From Bacteroidota bacterium (lineage in GTDB: Bacteria; Bacteroidota; Bacteroidia; UKL13-3): a stretch of DNA of 64,000 bases. The stretch spans positions 22,884 to 86,883 of the forward strand of contig CANNQU010000005.1 of the NCBI GenBank assembly GCA_947507965.1. Direction: 5' to 3'. The notes beneath the pieces are model-generated. The model saw only the letters and a list, made by a program, of their open reading frames with translations. It was not told the origin of the DNA and ran no database searches. The position numbers and the translations under genes are program-made. This document shows, in pieces, positions 19,662 to 29,615 of this stretch. Position 1 is the first letter of the stretch. Every line of letters begins with the position of its first letter.

Positions 19662-20168
19662 ATGTTTCGAAAGTTCATTTTACTTCTGGTCTTACTCAAT
19701 ATAACTTCTAGCTGTAAGTATATACACTATTCTTTTAAAGAAGGAAGTATTGCAGCCGATGTTAAGAGTATTTCCATTGGGTATATCCAAAACAAGGCGA
19801 GCATTATTGTACCGCAGTTAAGTCAACAACTTACGGATAAACTTCGCCAGAAATTCCAATCAGAAACGAGACTGGACATGGTTTCTTCTGATGGTGATTT
19901 CGACATCAAAGGAACCATTACAAGCTATGTCGTGGAGTCGGTATCATTGCAAGCGGGACAAAAGGCATCGCAAAACCAACTCAAAATTTCTGTCCAAATA
20001 CAATTTACCAATAAAAAAAATTCGAAAGGCGATTTCAATGAAACCTTTACCCAATTTGCAGAATTTGGAAGCGATAAAAGCCTTACAAGCGTAGAACTTG
20101 GGCTCATAACATTGATTACCGAAAAACTAACTCAAGCGATTTTTAACAAAACCCTAAGCGATTGGTAA
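19662..20168 (+). CDS. Hypothetical lipoprotein (possibly LptE-like)
   Basis: Lipoprotein signal MFRKFILLLVLLNITSSC. 168 aa, a size and position compatible with Bacteroidota LptE-like lipoproteins, but there is no diagnostic motif. Confidence 0.35.
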   Translation: MFRKFILLLVLLNITSSCKYIHYSFKEGSIAADVKSISIGYIQNKASIIVPQLSQQLTDKLRQKFQSETRLDMVSSDGDFDIKGTITSYVVESVSLQAGQKASQNQLKISVQIQFTNKKNSKGDFNETFTQFAEFGSDKSLTSVELGLITLITEKLTQAIFNKTLSDW

Positions 20169-20217
20169 GCACCTGCAACAACCTTTTACTTTTACCAGCA
20201 TACCCATTAAACAACGG

Positions 20218-22011
20218 ATGAGATTCATAATTACTTTCCTTTTGATTGCCATTGCTCTCGTAACACCAGCTCAAGACGAGGCATTAGCTAAACAATATTA
20301 TCAAAACGGAGAATTTGACAAAGCGGTGGTTGTTTACGAGAAAATTTATTCGAGAAAATTTGATGACGCAATCTATGAAAACTACTTTCTAAGTTTGCTT
20401 GCCTTGCGACAATATGAAGAAGCCCAAAGACTCGCTAAGAAGCAGGCGAAACATTTTGATGCAAATTTGAATTATATGGTGGATCAGGGTTATGCCTTAA
20501 TTCAAGGTAACAAGCAGGAAAAAGCCGAACTATATTTCGATAAACTGATCAATGAAAAGCACAAAGAAGCTACCTATTATTTAGTTTTAGCAGCGGCCTT
20601 TGTTCATCGGGAATTGTATGATTATGCAAAGAAGACCTATTTAGCTGCCCGTCAGAAACTTTCCAACGAGAATTTATTTCAAGCAGAACTAGCTACTTTA
20701 TACGCCGAAACAAACAATAAAGAAGGCACCATTAACGAGTTCCTAAATTTACTTGATTATAATGAAGGCATGCTTGATTATGTTCAGAATATGCTTCAAA
20801 GTTATATCACCCAACCCAAAGACTTTGAATTACTAAAATCTGCACTTAGCAAACGCACGAATAAATACCCCGATCGTATCATTTACACGGAACTATTACA
20901 ATGGTTGCTGGTACAACAGAAAAACTGGGATGCTGCATTTATTCAAGCGAAAGCTATTGATAAGCGGTTGGGCACCCAGGGAGACGCCTGTATGCGACTC
21001 GCTTGGTTATGCATTGAAAATGAAGTCTTTAATACCGCTTATTCCATTTACCAGTATGTCATTACCTTAGGTAAATACAAAATTAATTATTTGCCAGCAA
21101 GGGAAGGACTGCTCACCACCGCTGCGAAAAAAACATTTTATAGTGGTATTTATTCATCTGATGATTTAACAACTCTAAAGCAGGATTATTTAAACTTCCT
21201 AGAAGAATTTGGCAGCAACGAGAGCAGCGCCAATGTAATGAAAGACCTTGCTAAATTAGAGGCTTTTTATTTAGACGAGAAGACCTCAGCGATAACTATT
21301 TTAAATCAGATCCTTGTTTTAGGCAATGTGCGAGAGAGTTTTAAAGCAGAATGCAAATTATTACTAGGCGACATTAATCTACTTTCCGGCGATGAGTGGG
21401 ACGCGGCACTACTCTACGGGCAAGTGGATAAAGACTTTAAGGAAGACCCGTTGGGACAGGAGGCTAAATTTAGAAATGCAAAACTCAGCTTTTATCAAGG
21501 AAACTTTGTGTGGGCTCAGGCGCAGCTTGACATCTTAAAAACGGCTACCAGTCAGTTGATTTCAAATAATGCCATCGAATTAAGCTTACTTATTCAGGAT
21601 CATACACTCGACAGCAATTACGAGCCACTGGAGATGTATGCTGCAGCCGATTTATTAATTTATCAGAATAAATTTAAAGAAGCAATCAGCAAACTGGACA
21701 GCATCTCCATTCAATTCCCGGCTCATAGTTTGATTCATGTGATACTCTTTGCGAAAGGTAAAGTAATGGCAAAACAGCAAAACTACCTAAAAGCTATTGA
21801 ATACTATAAACAGGTATATGATAAAGCCCCTGATGATTTATTGGCCGACAATGCCATTTGGGAAATGGCACAAATTTATGAACAATCATTACTCGATTTG
21901 GAACAAGCAAAGCAATATTATCAGGATTTGATATTAAAATATCCCGGAAGCCTTTTTACCGTTGAGGCCAGAAAGCGTTTCCGCAAGCTCCGAGGCGACG
22001 TTCTTGACTAG
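20218..22011 (+). CDS. Tetratricopeptide-repeat protein, secreted
   Basis: Signal peptide (FIITFLLIAIALVTPAQ) and multiple TPR-like A/Y/L-periodic helices (AKQYYQNGEFDKAVVVYEKIY..., AIEYYKQVYDKAPDD...). 597 aa. Confidence 0.55.
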   Translation: MRFIITFLLIAIALVTPAQDEALAKQYYQNGEFDKAVVVYEKIYSRKFDDAIYENYFLSLLALRQYEEAQRLAKKQAKHFDANLNYMVDQGYALIQGNKQEKAELYFDKLINEKHKEATYYLVLAAAFVHRELYDYAKKTYLAARQKLSNENLFQAELATLYAETNNKEGTINEFLNLLDYNEGMLDYVQNMLQSYITQPKDFELLKSALSKRTNKYPDRIIYTELLQWLLVQQKNWDAAFIQAKAIDKRLGTQGDACMRLAWLCIENEVFNTAYSIYQYVITLGKYKINYLPAREGLLTTAAKKTFYSGIYSSDDLTTLKQDYLNFLEEFGSNESSANVMKDLAKLEAFYLDEKTSAITILNQILVLGNVRESFKAECKLLLGDINLLSGDEWDAALLYGQVDKDFKEDPLGQEAKFRNAKLSFYQGNFVWAQAQLDILKTATSQLISNNAIELSLLIQDHTLDSNYEPLEMYAAADLLIYQNKFKEAISKLDSISIQFPAHSLIHVILFAKGKVMAKQQNYLKAIEYYKQVYDKAPDDLLADNAIWEMAQIYEQSLLDLEQAKQYYQDLILKYPGSLFTVEARKRFRKLRGDVLD

Positions 22012-22091
22012 ACTGATAAAAAAAAGTAATATTTTATGATTTTATTAAAACAAGAAGTATATTTACAAAAAAAAATAACCCCGTTCATGTC

Positions 22092-22643
22092 ATGAAAAAA
22101 GTACTCTACTTATCCGTTCTTATTTTGTTTGTTTTTGGAGGCTGCAAAAAGAAACCAGCACCCATCGTTCCAATTGTACCAGAGCCCACCATCACCATGA
22201 ATTATGTTCAATTTACCATCAACGGAAAAGGGTATAATAACAAAAAGATGAAATTTAGTAAAGCAAAAAATACGATAACAAGATATGAGTATAGTGAAAC
22301 CTCTGCAGGTGTTATTGGGGCATTCCTTGATATTCAAAGCGGCGACACGGTAGTACAACTTCGATTTGACGAAAAAACATTAGGTAATAAACCTTTCTTT
22401 TCCGGCGCTGTCTTTTTCGTCTTTACCGACATCAATGCGCTTCACCCTCTCACAGCCACCTCCACCGATGGAGCCTATAATGTAATTAGTTTTACCCCCA
22501 CGCACCTAGAAACCAATACAACCAGCGGCACCGTAAAAGGCAAATTTATTCTCAGTGCAACTTTCTCTGGTACACTCACAGACGACGCCTCGACAGATAC
22601 TTATACGATAACTGACGGAGTTGTTGTGTTCGACGGGGAGTAA
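22092..22643 (+). CDS. Hypothetical lipoprotein
   Basis: Lipobox LILFVFGGC followed by a K-rich linker. 183 aa, no domain recognised. Confidence 0.4.
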   Translation: MKKVLYLSVLILFVFGGCKKKPAPIVPIVPEPTITMNYVQFTINGKGYNNKKMKFSKAKNTITRYEYSETSAGVIGAFLDIQSGDTVVQLRFDEKTLGNKPFFSGAVFFVFTDINALHPLTATSTDGAYNVISFTPTHLETNTTSGTVKGKFILSATFSGTLTDDASTDTYTITDGVVVFDGE

Positions 22644-22767
22644 AACACACACCATACCCAAAACGATTTCCCCCAAAAAAAAGAAATCATCTTTGGCGCT
22701 CAAATGTTTCTTTTTTGTATCTCAAAAGTAATCTATTGATTGGGCTTTCGTAAACTAAATCTATAAA

Positions 22768-23904
22768 ATGAATATTGGAATTGTGTGTTATCCTACCTTT
22801 GGTGGTAGCGGGGTAGTAGCTACCGAGTTGGGCAAAGCGTTGGCGAAACAAGGCCATAAAGTACATTTTATTTCGTATCAGCAACCCGCTCGTTTAGATG
22901 TATTTAATGAAAACCTTTTTTATCATGAGGTCATGATTTCCATGTACCCGCTATTCGACTTTCCACCGTATGAAACGGCCCTAACAAGCAAGTTAGTTGA
23001 TGTGGTACAGTTCGAAAAATTAGACTTATTACATGTTCATTATGCCATACCACATGCCTCGGCAGCCATCCTAGCAAAACACATCCTGCGGCAAAAAGGC
23101 ATTAATATACCGGTAATAACAACATTGCACGGTACCGATATAACCCTTGTAGGTAAAGATAAAACCTTCGAACCGGTAGTAACGTACTCCATTAATGAGA
23201 GCGATATTATTACGACTGTTTCTGAATCACTTAAAAAAGACACGTATTTATACTTTGATATTCAAAAAGATATTGAGGTGGTGCACAATTTTATTGATTT
23301 CGACCGTTTCAATAAAATGAAAAAAGATCATTTTAGAAAAGCAATTGCACCTCAAAATGAGCATATTATTGCTCATACATCCAACTTCAGGAAGGTAAAG
23401 AGAGTAGAGGACGTGATGCATATCTTTAGTAAAATATTGGAAACAACACCCTCTAAATTATTAATGATTGGAGATGGGCCCGAACGAGCTCCAGCAGAAC
23501 AACTTTGTCGCGAATTAGGAACCTGCGATCACGTAAGATTTTTGGGTAAACAAGAAGCTATTGAAGAAATATTAAGTGTATGTGATTTGTTTTTACTGAC
23601 TTCAGAAAATGAAAGTTTTGGATTGGCAGCACTAGAAGCGATGGCATGTGAAGTACCCGTCATTTCAACTAACGCCGGGGGCATACCGGAAGTGAATATT
23701 AATGGGGTGACGGGCTTCTTAAGTAATGTAGGTGACGTTGATGAGATGGCGGCCAACTCATTACAACTACTTAACGATAAAGCCAAATTAAAACAATTTA
23801 AAAGTAATGCACTTCATCAAGCCAAGCGATTTGATATCAAGCAGGTACTGCCTCAATATGTGGCATTATATGAAAAAGCATTAGGAATTGAGAAGTTGAG
23901 ATAG
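22768..23904 (+). CDS. bshA: N-acetyl-alpha-D-glucosaminyl L-malate synthase (bacillithiol biosynthesis GT4 glycosyltransferase)
   Basis: N-terminus MNIGIVCYPTFGGSGVVATELGKALAKQGHKVHFISY closely parallels B. subtilis BshA (…[34 protein letters not shown]…). It also has the GT4 C-terminal E-x7-E region (ESFGLAALEAMACEVPVIST). Confidence 0.75.
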   Translation: MNIGIVCYPTFGGSGVVATELGKALAKQGHKVHFISYQQPARLDVFNENLFYHEVMISMYPLFDFPPYETALTSKLVDVVQFEKLDLLHVHYAIPHASAAILAKHILRQKGINIPVITTLHGTDITLVGKDKTFEPVVTYSINESDIITTVSESLKKDTYLYFDIQKDIEVVHNFIDFDRFNKMKKDHFRKAIAPQNEHIIAHTSNFRKVKRVEDVMHIFSKILETTPSKLLMIGDGPERAPAEQLCRELGTCDHVRFLGKQEAIEEILSVCDLFLLTSENESFGLAALEAMACEVPVISTNAGGIPEVNINGVTGFLSNVGDVDEMAANSLQLLNDKAKLKQFKSNALHQAKRFDIKQVLPQYVALYEKALGIEKLR

Positions 23905-25599
23905 GATCCCCGATTTAAAACTACTATACCCTTTTACATTCTCGGTTTTATTGGTAAACACTTCTAAGATTTTTGGGCATTCAGCATCGATATAGAAAGA
24001 AGCCAATACATTATCTAGTTCTATTTCGTTGGTTGCTTTCAAATATTCGAAGCCGAAATCCTTTGCGATATTTGCTGCGGTGCGTAAATGAGCAACTTCA
24101 ATAAACGCTTCCAATTCAAGCAATTTCGATGGCCCATCGATTAATCTAAATATACCTCCTCCCCCATTATTCAAAACTATAATTCGCAAATTAGGCATTG
24201 AAAACGTGTTCCAAAATGCATTAACATCATAAAAAAAAGCCATATCACCGGTTATTAGTGTGGTCATCTTTTGTGAGGCTAATGCCGCTCCTACAGCCGT
24301 TGATGAACACCCGTCGATACCACTGGTACCTCTATTGCCATTTACTTTGATCGTAGCTTTGATGCCGAATAGTAAACCATAACGAATGGGCATGCTATTG
24401 GCTAATTGTAAATTGCTCTCTAAGGGGAGCGATTGCAAGATTTTTTGAGCGGCCTTCAACTCACAAAAATGGAGTTTATCAACTTCCTGTTTCAAAATTA
24501 TCTTCTCCTCCTCGGCACACCATTCTTTCCGATATTCGGCAACTGAGATTTCCATTTTGGCTAGTTCTTCGAAAAATAATCGTGGGGCCACTCGTAAAAC
24601 GGAAGTAAGCGATTGAAAAGGATCGCCTACTTGCCCGTATGACTGTATATGACAATGCCATAATGGCTTATTCGATCGAATATACTTTTTTAAATTTTTG
24701 CTCAACAAAGGCCCTCCTATTGTAATTAATATATCAGGGCTTGAAGGCCTTCGCTGATTCATTTCGTCCAAAACAAAATCATAGTTAATGAGGGAATCAT
24801 CATAACCATAATTTGAGATTACATCGGTAATTAAAGGGAAGCTTATTTTTTGCTGAGCTCTTTGTATTGCCAACATTACATCCTCTGAAAAATGATTCAT
24901 TCCAATAATGACTAATACTTTATTCCTGTTCTTTGCTTGGACAATTTTTCTTATTTGTTCAAAAACCACTTCGATAGAAAAACTATCTTTTGCCGTGGAA
25001 TGAAGAGAGAGAAGGGAGGGGTTACCCACCTTAATTCTTTCCTCATTATAGGTATATCTTTCATGAGGGGATGGATAAAATGGTTCCTTCAGAGGCACGT
25101 TAATATGCACTGGCAATTTCTGCATACTACCTAATTCTATAACCGCTCTTACCTCCGATTCGATAACCAACATGGAGCTTTCGTCTAACGTATGAGGAAT
25201 GGTAATTTGCTTTAGGATATGATTTTTAAAAATATCATTTTGCCTAATGGCTTGCCCGTCCCATTGATCAATGATTTCAGGAGGTCGGTCGGCGGTAATT
25301 ACAACCAATGGAATTTGCTGATAAAATGCCTCGCAAATAGCCGGATAAAAATTAAGGGTGGCCGTGCCACTGGTGCAAATGATGGCCACGGGCTGCTGTG
25401 TTTGTTGTGCAATACCCAAGGCTATAAAACCAGCACTTCGTTCATCGGAAACAGGAATACATTTTATTTTTTCATGACGTGTAAAGGCTACCATCAAAGG
25501 AACATTACGACTTCCTGGACAAATTACCGCAGTATGCCCTCCAAGTTGGAAAAACAGTTCGGCAATCTTGTTAATATGCTGTTGAAGAGATAGCATCAA
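23881..25599 (-). CDS. menD: 2-succinyl-5-enolpyruvyl-6-hydroxy-3-cyclohexene-1-carboxylate synthase
   Basis: ThDP-enzyme N-terminus VICPGSRNVPLMVAF...DERSAGFIALGIAQ...PVAIICTSGTATLNFYPAICEA...VITADRPPEIIDQWDGQAI aligns block-by-block with E. coli MenD. 572 aa. Confidence 0.85.
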   Translation of the reverse strand: MMLSLQQHINKIAELFFQLGGHTAVICPGSRNVPLMVAFTRHEKIKCIPVSDERSAGFIALGIAQQTQQPVAIICTSGTATLNFYPAICEAFYQQIPLVVITADRPPEIIDQWDGQAIRQNDIFKNHILKQITIPHTLDESSMLVIESEVRAVIELGSMQKLPVHINVPLKEPFYPSPHERYTYNEERIKVGNPSLLSLHSTAKDSFSIEVVFEQIRKIVQAKNRNKVLVIIGMNHFSEDVMLAIQRAQQKISFPLITDVISNYGYDDSLINYDFVLDEMNQRRPSSPDILITIGGPLLSKNLKKYIRSNKPLWHCHIQSYGQVGDPFQSLTSVLRVAPRLFFEELAKMEISVAEYRKEWCAEEEKIILKQEVDKLHFCELKAAQKILQSLPLESNLQLANSMPIRYGLLFGIKATIKVNGNRGTSGIDGCSSTAVGAALASQKMTTLITGDMAFFYDVNAFWNTFSMPNLRIIVLNNGGGGIFRLIDGPSKLLELEAFIEVAHLRTAANIAKDFGFEYLKATNEIELDNVLASFYIDAECPKILEVFTNKTENVKGYSSFKSGILSQLLNS

Positions 25600-26093
25600 A
25601 AAGAAAGTAATAGCTGTCCTTTTTCTACTTTACCTTTCTCGGCTACATGAATCTTTTTCACAACACCCTCGCCTACGCTTTTCAAGATGTTTTCCATCTT
25701 CATCGCTTCCAATATCAATAAGCCATCCCCCTTTTTTACCATATCTCCTTCTTTTACCAATAAGCGCAAAACCAAACCCGGCATTGGAGCTTTGAATTCA
25801 TTGACTTTTTTACTTGTACCTGAAGCCATCCCCATTTTCTCTAATAATTCAGCATAATCATCTTTCAATTCAAAATGGATCTTCTTTCCGTTAATGGTTA
25901 TTGTACAGGTTTTATTTTCATGATCTATTTCGTTTGCACTTAAAGAAAAGGATTGGTTTTTATAAATGATATGGAATTGATTATCGCCGGTGTTTAAAAT
26001 ATCGGTTACTATTTCTTCGTTGTTAATAAATACCTTGTTTAGGGTGTTTTTCACCTCCAAAGTTGTACCGTTATTTGCTTTTACTTTAAACAT
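25596..26093 (-). CDS. Biotin/lipoyl-attachment (BCCP-like) protein
   Basis: The C-terminal 70 aa form a biotinyl domain with the EAMKMEN biotinylation motif (FKAPMPGLVLRLLVKEGDMVKKGDGLLILEAMKMENILKS...). The N-terminal 90 aa show no similarity to anything I recognise. It overlaps the menD start by 4 bp. Confidence 0.6.
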   Translation of the reverse strand: MFKVKANNGTTLEVKNTLNKVFINNEEIVTDILNTGDNQFHIIYKNQSFSLSANEIDHENKTCTITINGKKIHFELKDDYAELLEKMGMASGTSKKVNEFKAPMPGLVLRLLVKEGDMVKKGDGLLILEAMKMENILKSVGEGVVKKIHVAEKGKVEKGQLLLSF

Positions 26094-26141
26094 AGAAGTT
26101 TACTCCTTATTTTACCTGCGAATTTACATCAAATCACTCAA

Positions 26142-28763
26142 ATGAGAAATGTCCATATTAAAATCATCCCTCTCCTTCTTACGGCCTTACTAAGTGCCTG
26201 TTCGGTGCTCGAGAAATTTCAGGTGAACAAAGCTACTGTTACCACACTCGATTCGGTATCGATGAGCAAAATTATTGAAGCTATCAATAAAACCAAAGTA
26301 CAGCCATCTGAGGATGAGTACAGTAAAAAACCCTATGAGGCTTCTTCAACCAAGTACTGGGATTTGGTTAATACAACACTTTCTGTAGAATTTGACTATC
26401 CAAAGGCACAACTCACAGGAGTGGCCTCCATTACCTTAAAACCACATGCCTACCCGCAAGATAGTATGGTGCTGGATGCAAAAGGAATGGATATTTTAAG
26501 TGTTATTGATGGCGATACTCGAGGTTGGAACAATTTAAAATACACCTATGACGGTAAAAAGCTTACGATATTTTTACGATCGCAAGCATTGGTAGGAGTT
26601 CGAAAAAAAGTGGTGATTGATTATATTGCCAAGCCGAACGAAATTGAGGTAAAAGGCAGTGAAGCCATTACCTCCGACAAGGGACTTTATTTCATCAATA
26701 ACGATGGTAAAGACACCCTAAAACCACGTCAGATATGGACACAAGGGGAAACAGAAAGCAATTCCTGCTGGTTCCCAACGATTGATAAACCCAATCAACG
26801 GATGACTCAGGAGATTCATATTACCGTTCAGGATAGCAATGACTTAACCTTGAGTAACGGGCAATTTCGTGGAAGGGTAAAAAACAGAAATGGAACTTTT
26901 ACCGACTCTTGGGTTCAAACGATACCCGCAGCCCCCTATTTAACCATGCTCGCCGTTGGGCCCTTTTATGTAGCACATGATACCTGGCGAGACCTGGCAG
27001 TAGATTACTATGTAGAGCCTGAGTACAAGGCTTATGCGAAATTAATTTTTGGCCGAACACCGGCCATGATGGAGTTCTTTTCTACTCGTCTGGGGGTAGA
27101 TTTTGCTTGGGAGAAATACAGCCAGATTGTGGTACGCGACTTTGTAAGTGGTTCAATGGAAAACGCCTCAGCCACTTTACATGGAGAATTTTTACAATAT
27201 GATGCAAGGCAGTACCTCGATGATACAAAAGAAGATTATATCAGTCACGAATTATTTCACCAATGGTTTGGCGACTTAGTAACCTGCGAGAGTTGGAGCA
27301 ATTTGCCTTTAAATGAATCTTTTGGCACCTACGGTGAGTATCTGTGGATTGAGCACTCAAGGGGGAGAATGGAAGCCGATCAACATTTGGAGCATAACCG
27401 AATTCAATATTTGCAAGAGGCCTCCTATAAACAGGAACCCTTAATTCGATTTCATTATGATGACAAAGAGGACATGTTCGACCGGCACAGTTACCAGAAA
27501 GGTGCAAGCATACTTCATATATTACGTAACTACCTTGGTGATGACGTTTTTTTTGGCGGGTTGCAACTTTATCTAACCAAAAACAAATATAAAAGTGTTG
27601 AAGTTTCTGATTTGCGTTTAGCATTTGAAGAATTTAGTGGGGAGGATTTGAACTGGTTTTTTAATCAATGGTTTCTCCAAGCCGGCCACCCAAAAGTATT
27701 GGCAACTCAAAGCAAAAGCAACTTAGATAAATCAATCACCCTATCACTGGATTTTGTAAAGAAGGATGAGACAACCCCGCGTAAGTATCTATTACCACTC
27801 AAAATAGATTTCTATTTCAAAGACAGCGTTCATCGTGAATCCGTCACCATGACGGACTGGACGAATAAATGGGTTTATCCTTTTGAGGACAGTGTTCTAT
27901 TGATAAATGTAGATGCCGAGCGTTCGATGCTATGGGAATTACAATATGAAAAAGAAAAGTCCGAATTAATTTATCAGGCCATACACGCCCCGTTATATTT
28001 GGATAAAAGGGAAGCCCTTATGACGCTTACCAATAGAGGAGATTTAAGTATTGAGGAGAAAAACAGCCTGATCGGTTATTGCCTTAATCATGATTCATGG
28101 GTGATCAAAGAACTGGTGATAGAAATGATGGAATTCATGACTGCAAAAGACCTTGATCCATACTTCAATAAAATATCAGAACTAATTTTAAGTCAAAGAA
28201 ATTCTACCTTACGAGTTTCATTACTACAACTCATTGATAAGATGCGCGAAGGTCATGAGATATTACCCTTGCTACGTGCTTGCACCAATGATTCGAGTTA
28301 TTTGGTGATGGCTGCGGCATTAGAATTATTAGAGCATAACGATTGGGCTAGTGCCTTAAAAATAGCGGAGGCTAATGAGTTTATCGAAAACGCCCAAGTG
28401 ATGAATGTAATTCATTCCATTTACAGTATAGACACAACAAGAAACCATGTCGCCTACTTTTTGAAAAGCATGACCAAAGCCAAAGGTTGGGAAGTAAACC
28501 TACGGTTACGTGAACTCAACTCGTATTTACTGAAGGCAACTCCCGAGCATGTCTATCTAACGATTATGGCCATCGTCAGCTTAAAAGCGAATTTAATGGA
28601 TAACAATACAGGAGAATTTTTACCTGATATAAAAAATCGTTTTGATAACGATCGACTCCTTTTACTGGATGAGATGTCGCGCACCCGTTACACCGAGGAA
28701 GCCTACAAGGAAATAACAAATCGACTGGAAATGGCTGAAAGGATCGTTTCGCTTTTAAAGTAA
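26142..28763 (+). CDS. M1-family zinc aminopeptidase (aminopeptidase N-like), lipoprotein
   Basis: Zinc-binding HELFHQWFGDLVTCESWSNLPLNESFGTYGEY (HExxH-x18-E) and the upstream GSMEN-like GSMENAS exopeptidase motif. Lipobox LLSAC. 873 aa. Confidence 0.85.
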   Translation: MRNVHIKIIPLLLTALLSACSVLEKFQVNKATVTTLDSVSMSKIIEAINKTKVQPSEDEYSKKPYEASSTKYWDLVNTTLSVEFDYPKAQLTGVASITLKPHAYPQDSMVLDAKGMDILSVIDGDTRGWNNLKYTYDGKKLTIFLRSQALVGVRKKVVIDYIAKPNEIEVKGSEAITSDKGLYFINNDGKDTLKPRQIWTQGETESNSCWFPTIDKPNQRMTQEIHITVQDSNDLTLSNGQFRGRVKNRNGTFTDSWVQTIPAAPYLTMLAVGPFYVAHDTWRDLAVDYYVEPEYKAYAKLIFGRTPAMMEFFSTRLGVDFAWEKYSQIVVRDFVSGSMENASATLHGEFLQYDARQYLDDTKEDYISHELFHQWFGDLVTCESWSNLPLNESFGTYGEYLWIEHSRGRMEADQHLEHNRIQYLQEASYKQEPLIRFHYDDKEDMFDRHSYQKGASILHILRNYLGDDVFFGGLQLYLTKNKYKSVEVSDLRLAFEEFSGEDLNWFFNQWFLQAGHPKVLATQSKSNLDKSITLSLDFVKKDETTPRKYLLPLKIDFYFKDSVHRESVTMTDWTNKWVYPFEDSVLLINVDAERSMLWELQYEKEKSELIYQAIHAPLYLDKREALMTLTNRGDLSIEEKNSLIGYCLNHDSWVIKELVIEMMEFMTAKDLDPYFNKISELILSQRNSTLRVSLLQLIDKMREGHEILPLLRACTNDSSYLVMAAALELLEHNDWASALKIAEANEFIENAQVMNVIHSIYSIDTTRNHVAYFLKSMTKAKGWEVNLRLRELNSYLLKATPEHVYLTIMAIVSLKANLMDNNTGEFLPDIKNRFDNDRLLLLDEMSRTRYTEEAYKEITNRLEMAERIVSLLK

Positions 28764-28859
28764 GGAGGCCGGGTGATAACGAGATAAAACCAATGGTGTT
28801 TATAAAAAAAGAACACCTCCTTTTATTGTATAAAGCTGTATTAAAATAGCATGAATAGG

Positions 28860-29600
28860 CTATTTTTTCTTCTCCAACGGCGCACGCTCTTCCGGTTTCT
28901 TAGCCTCCAGGTCATTTAGCGCTTTTAGATTTGCATTTGCAAAGTAAAATTCAGGAAAAATTTTAATCGCTTCATCAAATAAAAAACGTGCTGAAGCGGT
29001 ATCGTTAAAATCCTTTGCGATCATTCCATACAGGTTAAAAGCAGCAGCGCGCAAGGGTACTTCTTGCTTATTATCCTGATCGATATAAAGTACAATTTTA
29101 TGCTTATCGGTAGCTAATTTAAGAACCAGCTCTATACTAATTTTACTTTCCTGTAAACGTTTAATATTGTATTCTAATGCCGCCTTCTGGTAGGTATCAT
29201 ACACATTACCGGTAAGTTTCACAACTTTCTCAAATTCAGCAATAGCCTCTACTGCGTTTCCCAGGCTTTTGTAACTCATCGCCATCATTCGTAATGTTGT
29301 CGTATCGTTGGGCTTCGCCACGAGTAACTCTTCGCACACTCGTAAGCACTGGTTATACGATCCCACCTGGAAATAAATTCGTGCTAAGGAATCCTTATAC
29401 GAATTATTGTCGGGGTGTTTTGCAAGAAGCACATAGAGACTATTAACGGCAACACCAACATCGCCATATCTCAAAGCTTGCTGATAGGTTTTCTCTTCGA
29501 TCTCATACGTTACTACTTCCTTGTTTTTCCTTTTATTGTTTTGCGCAAAAACTGAAATCGTACAAAATATAATGCCGGCCATTAACAAACGTTTCTTCAT
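28860..29600 (-). CDS. Hypothetical secreted TPR-like protein (paralog of 42659-43354)
   Basis: Signal peptide MKKRLLMAGIIFCTISVFAQ. Helical-repeat composition. The C-terminal block QEVPLRAAAFNLYGMIA...EAIKIFPEF is shared with the ORF at 42659-43354. Confidence 0.4.
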   Translation of the reverse strand: MKKRLLMAGIIFCTISVFAQNNKRKNKEVVTYEIEEKTYQQALRYGDVGVAVNSLYVLLAKHPDNNSYKDSLARIYFQVGSYNQCLRVCEELLVAKPNDTTTLRMMAMSYKSLGNAVEAIAEFEKVVKLTGNVYDTYQKAALEYNIKRLQESKISIELVLKLATDKHKIVLYIDQDNKQEVPLRAAAFNLYGMIAKDFNDTASARFLFDEAIKIFPEFYFANANLKALNDLEAKKPEERAPLEKKK

Positions 29601-29615
29601 ATTGATTTTTCTAAA

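Noticed and set aside
28764-28859. Possible bidirectional terminator between the M1 peptidase and the TPR-like gene (GGTGTT…AACACC with flanking T-run)
   Set aside because: The stem is only 6 bp with a 12-nt A-rich loop, which makes it weak. It is listed neither as a feature nor as a finding.
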